Made by a program: the position numbers and the translations under genes
The notes under the pieces: generated by a model
The model's input: the letters and a program-made list of their open reading frames with translations, nothing else
Told to the model about the DNA's origin: nothing
Database searches by the model: none
Shown here: positions 8,522-16,276 of the stretch, in pieces
Layout: each line of letters opens with the position of its first letter
How positions within the stretch are numbered: the first letter of the stretch is position 1
Assembly (NCBI GenBank): GCA_016840405.1
Contig: JAEOSK010000038.1
Coordinates: forward strand, 1 to 25,968
DNA from: Candidatus Hermodarchaeum yapensis
GTDB lineage: Archaea > Asgardarchaeota > Hermodarchaeia > Hermodarchaeales > Hermodarchaeaceae
Direction of reading: 5' to 3'
DNA: 25,968 bases

Positions 8522-9412
8522 TCAGGATGATTGTTTGGTGAGTTGTTTACGTTTCCGTCGATAGAAACGGGCGCTTATTCGACCTGCTGCTCGTTGTGAA
8601 TCGAGAGCTTCGAGCAGTTGGGCGTTGACTTCTTGTTTACATGCCTTCTCACCGAGGACTGCGACGTATTTCCTGGGAACTTTGGGATTAGTCACTCGCT
8701 GTTGAAGTCGCTTAACTTTCGCTTCGAGTCGACGAATTCCCTTAGTCATTTCAGATATGGAAGGTGGAGTAGGCGGAGTTGATGTGGGACGAGTTTCTGG
8801 TATTTCAGGGCGAACTTGTTGAGGAGTTTGTGTTGGAGCTGTGGGAGAAATCTGTCGTAGAGGTGTTAGTTCGGGAGGCCATAAAGGCGTCTCCTGTGAA
8901 GATGATTGTGATCGATCTAGTGGAGGCATTTCCATGCGAGACGAAGTTGGTCGATATGGACGCCTTGGAAGACTTCGTGGACGATCTCGGCGGTGTTCTC
9001 GAGGAGTGGGAGAGAATACTGGTGTCCGTTGTCTGCGTCGATAATAGTTTACTCCTTCGACTGTTATGACAGTGATGAGTGGAGCAAAAATCAAGAAAAG
9101 CCCTACCCACATGATGAGTGAATAGAAGTTCAATTCAGTCCAAGTAATGGTAGAATTTACTGTCATAGCACCAGAGAGAACCAGATTTGCGGCTCCGGCC
9201 ATAGAGAGGAAAAGCCCCACGATAATGAAAATAAGTAGTGAAAACATAATTTTAGGATTTGAAATATCGGATTGATTGATTGGTGTACCCGGAATAGGTC
9301 GTGTCTGGGGTTTAGGTTGAACTGTGATTTCCTCTTTCCTCCGAGTGTAGGTGGAGCTTGTTGTAAAAGAGATTTTCGCTAGTGAACCATTCAGTAGGGT
9401 TTGTGTCATCAA
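8522..9412 (-). CDS. Membrane protein: 2 TM helices, Pro/Arg/Thr-rich linker, coiled coil and SHOCT-like C-terminus (start uncertain)
   Basis: Two hydrophobic segments; IRRLEAKVKRLQQRV; LEALDSQRAAGRISARFYRRKRKQL. Confidence 0.7.
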   Translation of the reverse strand: MMTQTLLNGSLAKISFTTSSTYTRRKEEITVQPKPQTRPIPGTPINQSDISNPKIMFSLLIFIIVGLFLSMAGAANLVLSGAMTVNSTITWTELNFYSLIMWVGLFLIFAPLITVITVEGVNYYRRRQRTPVFSPTPREHRRDRPRSLPRRPYRPTSSRMEMPPLDRSQSSSQETPLWPPELTPLRQISPTAPTQTPQQVRPEIPETRPTSTPPTPPSISEMTKGIRRLEAKVKRLQQRVTNPKVPRKYVAVLGEKACKQEVNAQLLEALDSQRAAGRISARFYRRKRKQLTKQSS

Positions 9413-9622
9413 TGTTCTTCAAACCATGACGTTATGAGCGATTTTGAATAGCACCGACGTGAGAGAGTCCAAGGATAAGTAGAAACATGATTCCAAAATA
9501 GAAAATAGATTCTATACGAGTGGGGGTGAGTCAATGTCTTCCCAACTCCACAGAATAATAGGGAACGGCAGGATTTACTTTTTTCGGAGGAGGAGAAATT
9601 AATTTCTTGTGTGCTCTTAGAA

Positions 9623-12574
9623 TTAATCAGAAAGGTCAAGTTGGAGTGAATGAATTTGGTGAGGAGTAACTTCAGTAGTAAATGTATGAGTGTTTTTTTG
9701 CGTGATCTGTTGTTGGTTAGTGAGTTGTTCGGCGAGATTGACTGATACAATGTTTTTGAAAGGTAGAGATGTTTGGAGAGTCACTTTGGTTGTTGACCCT
9801 GTGATTTCGAAGAATCGTAGTATTGTTGTTTCAGAATCTTCAGCTCTTTTTAAGCAACTCAATACGAGAGAAGTTGTGTTAAATGAGAGGAAACTGTGTG
9901 TTGTAGGTAACCCCTTGTTTTTCTTTTCTTGTTCTTTGATTTGGAGAGCTTTGAAGGGGGTGATGAAGGCTCGAGTGAGGTGTTGTGTTTTTGGTTCACG
10001 CCAGGTGTTTGGATGGGGGATTATGGAGTAGTGGAATTTATGGCGTCCTGGGCATTGGGCCCCGGGTGTAGCGAGTTTGGGTCCAGCATGCCCGCGTCTT
10101 GTGGTGAGGTCTTCGCGGGAGAGCCATCCAACGGACCGGAGGAGGGTTAGGGCGATAGTGCGGTTGGTATCTTTGAGTACTTCGTATTCGGGGAGTCCGC
10201 GTGTGGTGACGAGTAATCCGTGAGTGCCATCTGTCACGTCGACAAAGTTTTGCATGGCGTGGGTGGTGGGCGAGTCTTCGAACCAGCCCATGGGTTTTTC
10301 GGGAATGTTGGGGTATTTGAGAATCGAAGTGAGGTAGAAGTCCATCATCAGTGGGTAGAGTTGTTGGTCCCAACTATGGGGCGCAGCAGTAAGTGGACGT
10401 TCGGTGACATGAAAAGGTGTGTCTCCCCAGGCGGTATCGGTTTCAATAGAGGTGGGGAAGAGAACGCGGAGGCGATGGTCTGAAACGGTATTGTCGAGGG
10501 TTGTGCTTATGTCAATGCGTGAATGGGTAGGATAGATGGTGATGAGGTGTTGGATCGGATAGGGTGTTCTGTCTTCTGACCGGCGTTTTCGACATATGTT
10601 AGCTTTGGTAGGTAACGAAAGGTGTGTTGTGACTTCTAACGTCACAACCACTGGTCCCTCTTCGATGAATCGAACTGTCGTCTTAGGATCATCGTGACTG
10701 GTGATGAGGGTATCCACTTGTGGAGGGCAGTAGTTGTATTCGTCGCCTACATCTCCACCATCCTCAATGGTGAGGAGGCGAGCGTAATGTTTCTGTGTGG
10801 GTTTGTGGAGTAGGTCCAATTCTCCGTGTGACGTGTATACAGTCAGGCGAAGTAGTGGATTTTCAATGACGTAGGAGTTTTTCTTGGCGGTTATCGTAAT
10901 CGGCGTTATGGTGTGTGAGTCGGATGTCAGATTATCAGGAGCGAGGAAGAAAGTCTGGTAGCCAAGAGCAGGAATTTCAGGAGCAATAAAGGTTAGTTGG
11001 ATTTGCTGGGTTGGGGCTGCGCTTTGGGGTTCACCTTCGTAGGGGTCTGGCAGAGTGTGAATTGGGAGGAAATGGTTGAAGCATTCGGATTGATCTAAGT
11101 TTGAAGTGATTTGGAATGGGACTTTCTTTCCTAATGAATCGTAGAGGGCTAGGTTTTCGATGGAGTTGGGGAATGTGGGAGGTTGGAGACGAACACGTAC
11201 GATATCCGAGTGTGCCCAGGGATGAGGGTTGAAGACTCGGAAGAACGCATAACATGGTTTAGGTATAGTTGAGTGTGGTTCAGTGTTGGCGTGGTCATTG
11301 ATGTGGGCAATGGCTTCACTGAGAAGTTGGTTACCAAGTTGCTGACTCCAAGCGAAGCGTCGTTCCATATCCGCATGTGTCTCATCGACACTGCAACCGC
11401 AAATCGAATCATGGGGATGGTTCTGGAGGAGGAGTTGCCAAGCACGTCGGAGACCTTCAGTAGGATAAGGAGCATCGTGCCACCAAGCAATAGTCGAGAA
11501 AGGTTCAACCCACCGTTCGAGGAGCTGCTGGGTGGCGTAGTTGGCTTGTTTCAAATACATCCGAGCAGAAAAGACTCCCGGCAAAACGGGGATGTATTTG
11601 CTACTATGTTGTTCACCTTCAATGACCGGTAGTTGATTAATATCAACTTCTTTGCGAATGATATTGATGTAATCTTCAAGGGTTCCATGTTTGAAAGTGA
11701 CGCCTTGAAGTTCTTTGATGAAGGGCGTAAACATTTCATCGAGAAATGGGCTCAGTTCTTCGACGCCAGATACTTCGGTGGTGGTAGGGCTTTTCCCTAA
11801 CTCACCAATGAGTTGAGCGATGGATCGTCCCTTGAGGATATCGGGTTCTTTGAGTCGTTGATTGATGGCGTCAAGTAGGTTAGGGAGGAATGGTTGGGGT
11901 GGTAGATGATCGCTTCCATTCATCAGCAGGATTGCTGAACTGGAACCATTGAGCGCAAGGAGATTCATTGGCATTAATAGTTGAGCTAGGGCAGCGTCCA
12001 CAGAATTGGGAAGATTTGCGGCTGTCGAATAGCTTGTTCGCAAATGGACCAAGAGCACTTCTGAACCATCTGGAGCACGCCATCGGAGTTCAGTTGGCAG
12101 TGTTTTTCCGCCGTCTTCGATTCCTCGCCACCAGACCGTTGAGTCAATATCGAAGCCTTTCAAAATTTGGGGAAGCTGCGCTATATGACCAAAGGCATCA
12201 GGAACGTAGCCAATTGGCATAACCCTACCAAATTGGCTGGCTGTTTGATGACCAAAAAGGATATTTCGAACTAACGCCTCACCGCTCACAAGGAATTCAT
12301 CAGCCAGCACATACCAGGGACCAATTTGAAATCGATTGCTAGCTATGAGGTTTTTGAGTCGGTCTCGGTTTTGGGGTCGCAGTTCTAGGTAATCGTCGAG
12401 AAGGATGGTTTGACCATCAAGGTTGAAATGTTTGTATTGGAGATTTTGCTCCATTAATTCGATGAGTTGGTCCATAGTTTTGACAAGTTGCCAGCGGAAA
12501 TCTTCGAAGGGCAGATACCATTCGCGATCCCAGTGCGTATGACTCACAACAATGACAGTGCGGAGTGGTGGCAT
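9623..12574 (-). CDS. GH38 alpha-mannosidase (MngB/mannosylglycerate hydrolase-like), cytoplasmic
   Basis: SHTHWDREWY, LDGQT, IGPWYVLADEFLVSGE, PDAFGH, QNHPHDSICGCSVD, DVGDEYNY and TLLRSVGWLSR. Confidence 0.95.
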   Translation of the reverse strand: MPPLRTVIVVSHTHWDREWYLPFEDFRWQLVKTMDQLIELMEQNLQYKHFNLDGQTILLDDYLELRPQNRDRLKNLIASNRFQIGPWYVLADEFLVSGEALVRNILFGHQTASQFGRVMPIGYVPDAFGHIAQLPQILKGFDIDSTVWWRGIEDGGKTLPTELRWRAPDGSEVLLVHLRTSYSTAANLPNSVDAALAQLLMPMNLLALNGSSSAILLMNGSDHLPPQPFLPNLLDAINQRLKEPDILKGRSIAQLIGELGKSPTTTEVSGVEELSPFLDEMFTPFIKELQGVTFKHGTLEDYINIIRKEVDINQLPVIEGEQHSSKYIPVLPGVFSARMYLKQANYATQQLLERWVEPFSTIAWWHDAPYPTEGLRRAWQLLLQNHPHDSICGCSVDETHADMERRFAWSQQLGNQLLSEAIAHINDHANTEPHSTIPKPCYAFFRVFNPHPWAHSDIVRVRLQPPTFPNSIENLALYDSLGKKVPFQITSNLDQSECFNHFLPIHTLPDPYEGEPQSAAPTQQIQLTFIAPEIPALGYQTFFLAPDNLTSDSHTITPITITAKKNSYVIENPLLRLTVYTSHGELDLLHKPTQKHYARLLTIEDGGDVGDEYNYCPPQVDTLITSHDDPKTTVRFIEEGPVVVTLEVTTHLSLPTKANICRKRRSEDRTPYPIQHLITIYPTHSRIDISTTLDNTVSDHRLRVLFPTSIETDTAWGDTPFHVTERPLTAAPHSWDQQLYPLMMDFYLTSILKYPNIPEKPMGWFEDSPTTHAMQNFVDVTDGTHGLLVTTRGLPEYEVLKDTNRTIALTLLRSVGWLSREDLTTRRGHAGPKLATPGAQCPGRHKFHYSIIPHPNTWREPKTQHLTRAFITPFKALQIKEQEKKNKGLPTTHSFLSFNTTSLVLSCLKRAEDSETTILRFFEITGSTTKVTLQTSLPFKNIVSVNLAEQLTNQQQITQKNTHTFTTEVTPHQIHSLQLDLSD

Positions 12575-12715
12575 AGGAGGGTCATCCTCGATTATTAGGT
12601 GAGGAATGAATATGGTGACCTTGAACTTATAGCCTTATGATGTTCACTTATCGGTGACCCTCTCTTCCTTTTAGTAGGCTTGTGGCGAACGTTTCTAGCA
12701 TGGAGACAGCTAGAC

Positions 12716-12967
12716 ATGACACAACTCCTACAACCTCAGGCTGATTCGGATCGCATCATTTGGCAGGTTTTACAGGAACTACAACCCCATCGCACACGGA
12801 GCCAACAGGCTGCCATACTTCGTGCAAATCAAGTGCAACGGCTCCGACCACTTCTCGATTATGTGTGTCGTCTGCATTGGCGGGCAGGACGAACAGAAGA
12901 AGGAGAAGCCGCCCTGAAACGGTTCGTCTACAGATTTCTGAGCGGGGATATTCCCTATTACGATTAG
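12716..12967 (+). CDS. Small helical hypothetical protein (83 aa)
   Basis: ATG at 12716 after GGAG; fills the intergenic gap; followed by a T-tract. Confidence 0.55.
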   Translation: MTQLLQPQADSDRIIWQVLQELQPHRTRSQQAAILRANQVQRLRPLLDYVCRLHWRAGRTEEGEAALKRFVYRFLSGDIPYYD

Positions 12968-12984
12968 CCCCGTTTGAAATGACC

Positions 12985-13044
12985 TTTTTTCTCAAAAAGA
13001 AGAGATTCTAGGAGAGGGCAGCCGGGAACCGGTGCCTCTCCTAG
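12985..13044. terminator. GC-rich hairpin plus T-tracts between convergent genes
   Basis: CTAGGAGAGGGCA-GCCGG-GAA-CCGG-TGCCTCTCCTAG at 13008-13044; T-rich tracts on both strands at 12985-13003. Confidence 0.65.
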
Positions 13045-13066
13045 CATTTCAATTGAATGAGAGAGA

Positions 13067-14377
13067 TTACTTTCGTTTCTTGTACCAATTCCAGATAAAG
13101 CTTGCAACAATGATAATCACGGTTATTGCTGCTCCTATGATGATGTATTCCATTGGTATCGGAGTTGGTTCGCTAGGGGGACCAAGGCTTACACCAACAT
13201 CCCAGTCCCAATCGAAGATTTGTGTGAAGTAGTTAGCGACACCCGAATGAGTGATGATGACACCCGCTTCCCGATTTTCATGGGTGGATTCAAAACTCCA
13301 GTTAATGCTGGAAACTAGAACCTTATTGCCGTCGACTATGACGCCTTTGTTATGTGTCCATCCAAAGTACGATTGATTGCTGAATCTAACTTGCACACCG
13401 TTCGCAAGAAGCATTTCACCAACTTCTTGCATACCTGAACTACGGTTGTCCAACATGACTCGACAAGTAACCCCACGTTGTGCCGCAGCAATAATGGCGT
13501 CGTTGAATTGGTTAGGATTACCATCCCACTCCATTTTCGAGTACATCTGTTGGACTTCAAGGGTGGTCGTTGCAGAATCAATGAGGGCTACGATGGTCGG
13601 AATATCGTTATCGGGAGATAAGACACATTGTATACTCATTGAACCAGTGAATGTTTGATTCTCAAAGGGTGCAGGATAGGAACCAGTGGTTATATTGTCA
13701 CTGAATTCCTCCTCATCGGCGATGTCAGGAATATAGGGTTCAACATTATCCAGAGTGAGATCGTGGACAAAGGTTTCCATGAAGTAATTGACGACATCCG
13801 GTTGTTGAATTACGACACCCCATTCACGATTCCCTGCGCTAGACGCTGGGGGAATTCCAGATTTTGCCCAATTCGCACTTTCGACGACAAGATACTCTCC
13901 ATCAAAGATCATGAATTTTGCATGAGTAAACTCTAGGTCTGTATCCTCTGAATAGAAGAGTTGTAGATTTGATCCAAATGCAGCGTTTTGAGAGAGATTG
14001 TAAAATGCACCTTTGGTTAAAGACCGTTCAGCAGCAGAAGCCCATTTCCAAGATACAATGATAGTGATTTCCATACTGCCATTTCTGACGAGAGCATCAT
14101 GGATTGCTTCAATGAGGAACCAATTAGTGAGGGCATACACCATGATTTGCATTTCATTTTCTGTTCTTTCTAATAGATCAGAAAGCACTAGAAAACTTGA
14201 GTCAGGTGAAGAAAAGGCGTTCACTGTCGCCGTTCCAGTAAATGTGGTAGCAGGTTTATCCAAAGGGGGTTGTGCATATACATTGATTGAGGTTCTTGGG
14301 AGGGGAATAGCGAAAGAGAATACCATGAATCCGATGAGTGAAAACATCATCAGTGTTTGTAAACGTTTTAGCCTCAT
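13067..14377 (-). CDS. Membrane-anchored phospholipase D superfamily protein (two HKD motifs)
   Basis: HAKFMIFD..SANW and HNKGVIVD..SSINW..NRE; signal peptide from MRLKRL; C-terminal TM helix plus KKRK; SD GGAG. Confidence 0.9.
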   Translation of the reverse strand: MRLKRLQTLMMFSLIGFMVFSFAIPLPRTSINVYAQPPLDKPATTFTGTATVNAFSSPDSSFLVLSDLLERTENEMQIMVYALTNWFLIEAIHDALVRNGSMEITIIVSWKWASAAERSLTKGAFYNLSQNAAFGSNLQLFYSEDTDLEFTHAKFMIFDGEYLVVESANWAKSGIPPASSAGNREWGVVIQQPDVVNYFMETFVHDLTLDNVEPYIPDIADEEEFSDNITTGSYPAPFENQTFTGSMSIQCVLSPDNDIPTIVALIDSATTTLEVQQMYSKMEWDGNPNQFNDAIIAAAQRGVTCRVMLDNRSSGMQEVGEMLLANGVQVRFSNQSYFGWTHNKGVIVDGNKVLVSSINWSFESTHENREAGVIITHSGVANYFTQIFDWDWDVGVSLGPPSEPTPIPMEYIIIGAAITVIIIVASFIWNWYKKRK

Positions 14378-14430
14378 AGGCAATACTCCAAAATGTAATT
14401 TTTTAGTGTACAGTGTTGATTGCAATTAGC

Positions 14431-14457
14431 CTTATAGCCTTGTGGTTATGCTATAAG
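14431..14457. promoter_or_regulatory. Inverted repeat CTTATAGC-N11-GCTATAAG in the divergent promoter region
   Basis: 8-bp perfect arms; CTTATAGCCTT also occurs at 12626-12636, at a similar distance from the GH38 start. Confidence 0.4.
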
Positions 14458-14588
14458 CCGACTTAAAAGAATTTAACCGGATTCCGTTTTTAATACAGCA
14501 CCCTTATTTCGTCAAACAACAGGCGCGATATTTTATTAAGAACCTAATACTTTGCTATTGCCATCAATTTGTTTGAAAGGTGTGCATA

Positions 14589-15071
14589 ATGCGGAAAGAA
14601 CTTCTTTACGAGTTCCCCACAGTTCCCCCTGCTCAGAAGGCATTCAAATGCGTGTGTGACCGGTTAGGCCTCGAAGCACGTGAAGAAGATATGAGCGGGG
14701 GCTTAATCGCCCGTAGTGAAGACCGAACCTTTGTCGTTCGGTTACTCACTGAGAAAACGGCGCGGGGCACCACAAGAATTGATGTTCAAATCCGGGTATC
14801 AACCGATGATCAATTGGGTGCAGTAGTAGCCTGTTTTGGGGAACCCGAAAAAGAACGGGAAATCGCACCGAGTTCCAAGACCTTTGCCCAGACTGTAGTT
14901 GATACTGAGTATGCTGGTGACACGAACGCATTTATCGCAGATGTTTGTCAGCAGCTGGATATTCCCACTGACCGTTTTGGGAGTTACCGGGCCATGGTGC
15001 TCTCCACAGCACGAATGGCGGGAGCTCCAGATATGATTAAAGAAGCGGCTGAAAAACTCAAAACTCTGTAA
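14589..15071 (+). CDS. Hypothetical protein (160 aa)
   Basis: ATG after SD AGGTG; TATA-like TTTTATTA at about 14530; alpha/beta N-terminal part and helical C-terminal part. Confidence 0.75.
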   Translation: MRKELLYEFPTVPPAQKAFKCVCDRLGLEAREEDMSGGLIARSEDRTFVVRLLTEKTARGTTRIDVQIRVSTDDQLGAVVACFGEPEKEREIAPSSKTFAQTVVDTEYAGDTNAFIADVCQQLDIPTDRFGSYRAMVLSTARMAGAPDMIKEAAEKLKTL

Positions 15072-15096
15072 AAGAATGCTTGCACTCTTGGTGTCT

Positions 15097-15264
15097 TTAT
15101 CCGAATCGTAATTCATAGTTGTCGGCTGTATGTCCACATTGCGGACAGACGTATTTCTTTTTCTTCAAAACACAACCCCGATGAAAGGAGGCATTACATT
15201 CTGAACATTTCAACGGTGTTTTCACTATCTTTCCGCACGCTTGGCACACATCATCAGAACTCAT
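15097..15264 (-). CDS. Stand-alone C4HC3 cross-brace zinc finger (PHD / RING-variant) microprotein, 55 aa
   Basis: MSSDDV-CQAC-x9-CSEC-x4-H-x2-C-x8-CPQC; SD-like GATGTGAT. Confidence 0.8.
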   Translation of the reverse strand: MSSDDVCQACGKIVKTPLKCSECNASFHRGCVLKKKKYVCPQCGHTADNYELRFG

Positions 15265-15355
15265 GGCATCACATCTGTGTAGACAATACACCGTAAAATG
15301 CCTGATTAAACGTTTCCCTAGTCACTTTCAGAGGTGATTTTTGGCTGTGGAAACC

Positions 15356-16276
15356 TTAGACTTGCTTTTCCTTGATGTAAGGGACGCCAATAGCTTTGGG
15401 TGGCACAGATCGACGGATAATACCAAGCGCAACAATCACTGAAATGTAAGGAATCATGTTGATGAAAGAGGAATAACCAATAAGCCATTCCCAGCCAGGA
15501 GCAAATTGCACTCCATAAGAAATTGCTTGGAGGAAACCAAAGAACAATCCAGCGAATAGGGTACCAATGGGGTTCCAGTTTCCAAATATCATTGCAGCAA
15601 GGGCTAAGAATCCGTTACCTGCTGTCATTCCGATAGTAAACCGAGAACCAAAGCCAATCGACATTTGAGCACCAGCAATCGCAGCTAACATACCGCTAAT
15701 AAGAACCCCATACATCCGGTAATTTTCAACACTAATCCCAGCAGTGTCAAGGGTACTAGGATCTTCACCCGCAGCCCGTAGTCGGAGACCGAAAGGAGTT
15801 CTGTACAGCAGATACCAACAGATAGGTATCAGTGCTAACATGGCGAAGGTGAGAGGCGAGACTAGACCAATAATAGGAACCCGAACTTCAGGAAGAGTAA
15901 TCACTTGACCCGAGGCACCTGCTGTTCCCCATATGACCCATAGCATTAAAGTTGTAAAACCTGCAGCGAAAAGGATGATTCCGGTTCCACTCACAATCTG
16001 GTTCCCTTTGAGTTTCACACTAATCACACCGTGAACTGCACCGAGAATCAGCCCAGATATGATAGCGGCGAAAACTCCAGTCCATGGGTTATCTGTGTAC
16101 CAGCTTGCAGCTACCGCTGCCCAGGCACCCATGAGCATCATGCCTTCAAGAGCAATATTAACGACACCTGATCGTTCTGAAAACATACCTCCGAGGCCTG
16201 CGAGAACAAGTGGAGTACCAAGTGTAAGCGTTGCTTGGATGATCCAACCCCAGAAAAGCACGTCAATGATCTGCAT
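15356..16276 (-). CDS. Nucleoside ABC transporter permease 2 (NupC/YufQ-like)
   Basis: SERSGVVNIALEGMML, TPFGLRLRAAGE and GFLALAAMIFGNWNP. Confidence 0.93.
   Translation of the reverse strand: MQIIDVLFWGWIIQATLTLGTPLVLAGLGGMFSERSGVVNIALEGMMLMGAWAAVAASWYTDNPWTGVFAAIISGLILGAVHGVISVKLKGNQIVSGTGIILFAAGFTTLMLWVIWGTAGASGQVITLPEVRVPIIGLVSPLTFAMLALIPICWYLLYRTPFGLRLRAAGEDPSTLDTAGISVENYRMYGVLISGMLAAIAGAQMSIGFGSRFTIGMTAGNGFLALAAMIFGNWNPIGTLFAGLFFGFLQAISYGVQFAPGWEWLIGYSSFINMIPYISVIVALGIIRRSVPPKAIGVPYIKEKQV

Noticed and set aside
9409-9750. 113-aa minus-strand ORF
   Set aside because: Overlaps the GH38 3' end out of frame and continues into intergenic DNA
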